In this document: positions 62,195 to 64,000 of the stretch, piece after piece
Layout of the letters: each line of letters opens with the position of its first letter
Position numbering within the stretch: the stretch's first letter is position 1
Origin: a virus
Lineage: Duplodnaviria > Caudoviricetes
Virus record (IMG/VR): IMGVR_UViG_2772190672_000001
Location: 47,281 to 111,280 of that record
Length of the DNA stretch: 64,000 nucleotides
Direction: 5' to 3' (one strand)
Program-made: the position numbers and the translations under genes
Notes under the pieces: model-generated
What the model saw: the letters and a program-made list of their open reading frames with translations, nothing else
The model's database searches: none
Told to the model about the DNA's origin: nothing

Positions 62195-64000
62195 TCAGGC
62201 GACCGGCTCGCCCGAGCCGCCGCGCGCCGGATGCGCGCTGACCGCACTCAGCGCCTCTTCGCGGACCCTGGCGAAAGCGGCCGTCACCTTCTCTCGGGTG
62301 CAGCCCCACGCCGTGGCCCGGGTCAGCGCCAGCATGCCAGGCTCGTGCGTCACGCTCGTCAGGACATCGCGGCCCGTGAACCGGTCTTCCCATTCCCACG
62401 TCCAGCGGTCGGCGACCGACTCGATGTCCACGCCGGTACTGAAGGGAGAGCCGTCGAGCATGTAGAGCGCGGAACCGATCCAGATGCGCAGACGCTGCGG
62501 CATCTCGGAGCGCACGTCCTTGAGACCGTTGGTCTGCTGTCGCCGCCACCAGTCTGCCGCCATCGTCTCGACGCGGACGAAGTCCTCGGGGTGATCGAGC
62601 TGCCATTGATCGGCAACCGCCGACGCATCGCTGTGGGACCAGAATGCCTGGACGTAGCTCTTGGACTCACCGTCCATGTGCACGACGTGTACGCGGCTGC
62701 GATCGTTGCGATCCTCGGCCTCCATCAGGCCGACTTCCGGCGGCCTGCGCCCGAGCGACCTATCGATGACCACCATGGCCTCGTCATCGGCCTCCGGCAG
62801 CAGGTGGCCGTAGGTGTCGGACGTCGTCTTGATCGACTCGTGGCCGAGGCGCCGCTGCACGTACGTCAGGCCGCGGCCCTCGGAGATGAGGACGGCGGCA
62901 TGCGAGTGCCGCAAGTCGTGCGGGGTCGGGTTCTTGTACTGCGGCAGCAGGCCACGAGCCTTCGCCCGGACCACCGCGCGCATCCACCGGTCGTAGAACG
63001 TCGAGTAGTGCAGCCTCTGGCCAGCCTCGCCTGTGAAGAACAGGCGCTCGCCGTTCTGGAGGTTCTCGCCACCGAGCCTCTGCACCGAATCCACCACGGA
63101 CAGGGACACCCGGATGGTGCGGCGGGACTTCTTGGACTTCGGCGCCCCGATCTTGTACCCGCCGCTGCCGTCCTTCTTCCAGGCCCGCATGACGCGGATT
63201 TTCGGCTTGCCGGTGTTCCAGTCGATCAGCTGCGCGGGACACAGCGCGCTGATCTCGCCCCAGCGCATGCCGGTGCCGTACTTGATGATGCACAACTCCC
63301 GGTCGCTGCGGCGCTCCAGGCATTCGAGGATGCCTTCCACCTCGTCAGGTGTCAGGAACTCGATGTCCTCGCCGTCTGCGCTGTCGTCGTCAGTGCGAGG
63401 CAGCCGGGTCAGCTCGCAGGGGTTGCGGGCCCGCAGAGGCGGCTCCGCTTCGACCGCGCGCTGCAACACCGAGAACAGCAGGCCGTGCAGGTTGCGGATC
63501 GTCTTGGGCGACATCGTCCGCCACTTCGGCTCACCGTTCTTCGGCTTCTGCCCCTTGTGGACCTTCGTCTGCTCCAGCTTCCGCACCCATGCCTGGATGG
63601 TGTCGTGCGAGAAGTGCTCGACCGAGCGGACGTCGCAGTGCTCGAACGTCGGGAAGATCCACCGGGCCAGGTCGCCCTTGCATGCCTCGCGGTAGTGGTC
63701 CTCGACGCCGGTCTTGTTCTCCACGAAGGTGAGGGCGTACTCGCGGAAGCGGTAGCGCCGCTCGTCGGTCTCGCCGGCGTTCGGGTCGACGTAGCCGACG
63801 CCCTTCACCCACCCGGGCGGCCACTGCTGCCCGCAGTCGTTGACGGCCTGGCAGAAGATTTCGGCGGCCTTTCGGCCATCCTCGCCGCCGTCGAAGCGCT
63901 CGGTCTGCCACGGGGCGGTCCTGCCGCCTCCGAGGCGCCACTTCACCTGGTGGCTGACGACCTCGCCGATCTTGTTTGTGCGGGAAATCACGCTCGCCAT
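62195..64000 (-). CDS. int: Tyrosine integrase with long C-terminal extension
   Basis: TGMRWGE (R), PKS (K), HDLRH, LGH, TYGHL (Y); ~200 aa follow the catalytic Tyr. Confidence 0.95.
   Translation of the reverse strand: MASVISRTNKIGEVVSHQVKWRLGGGRTAPWQTERFDGGEDGRKAAEIFCQAVNDCGQQWPPGWVKGVGYVDPNAGETDERRYRFREYALTFVENKTGVEDHYREACKGDLARWIFPTFEHCDVRSVEHFSHDTIQAWVRKLEQTKVHKGQKPKNGEPKWRTMSPKTIRNLHGLLFSVLQRAVEAEPPLRARNPCELTRLPRTDDDSADGEDIEFLTPDEVEGILECLERRSDRELCIIKYGTGMRWGEISALCPAQLIDWNTGKPKIRVMRAWKKDGSGGYKIGAPKSKKSRRTIRVSLSVVDSVQRLGGENLQNGERLFFTGEAGQRLHYSTFYDRWMRAVVRAKARGLLPQYKNPTPHDLRHSHAAVLISEGRGLTYVQRRLGHESIKTTSDTYGHLLPEADDEAMVVIDRSLGRRPPEVGLMEAEDRNDRSRVHVVHMDGESKSYVQAFWSHSDASAVADQWQLDHPEDFVRVETMAADWWRRQQTNGLKDVRSEMPQRLRIWIGSALYMLDGSPFSTGVDIESVADRWTWEWEDRFTGRDVLTSVTHEPGMLALTRATAWGCTREKVTAAFARVREEALSAVSAHPARGGSGEPVA

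Larger units (their letters stand above)
1..64000. mobile_element. Temperate actinophage/prophage segment (integrase to terminase; structural genes presumably beyond the left edge)
   Basis: Canonical order integrase-repressor/cro-xis-YqaJ/RecT-exonuclease-RusA-WhiB-rep-accessory-terminase; no host housekeeping operon seen. Confidence 0.9.

Overview
High-GC (Streptomyces-like) sequence that reads as about half of a large temperate actinophage or prophage, almost all coded on the minus strand. From right to left: a tyrosine integrase (ATG at base 64000); a repressor/Cro/excisionase switch; a recombination-replication module (YqaJ, RecT, DEDDh exonuclease, RusA, WhiB, initiator with iterons); an inserted XRE-regulated amino-sugar cluster (rmlB, ATP-grasp, DegT aminotransferase, MurG-like glycosyltransferase); a plasmid-spread-like membrane operon; a ~25 kb accessory region; and a tRNA, MTase-like/ParB pair and terminase genes at the left edge. 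The most striking feature is the accessory region (4.8-29.4 kb). It is divided into modules of 1-5 genes by 15 copies of a ~49-bp palindromic element (TTGACC-N7-CCGGGRTAAC-CTC-GTTAYCCCGG-N7-GGTCAA) whose stems co-vary between copies. The element carries a sigma70-type -35/-10 pair, and in 10 copies the preceding gene's TGA begins 23-25 bp beyond the core. A divergent tandem-HTH gene sits at the head of the array. Other oddities are ATPase-less ComM-like domains in a duplicated module, a free-standing intein lacking its catalytic termini, 11-bp-phased GTCCGGAC clusters and a membrane protein resembling TraB without the ATPase. All product calls come from motif recognition by eye; no database searches were run.
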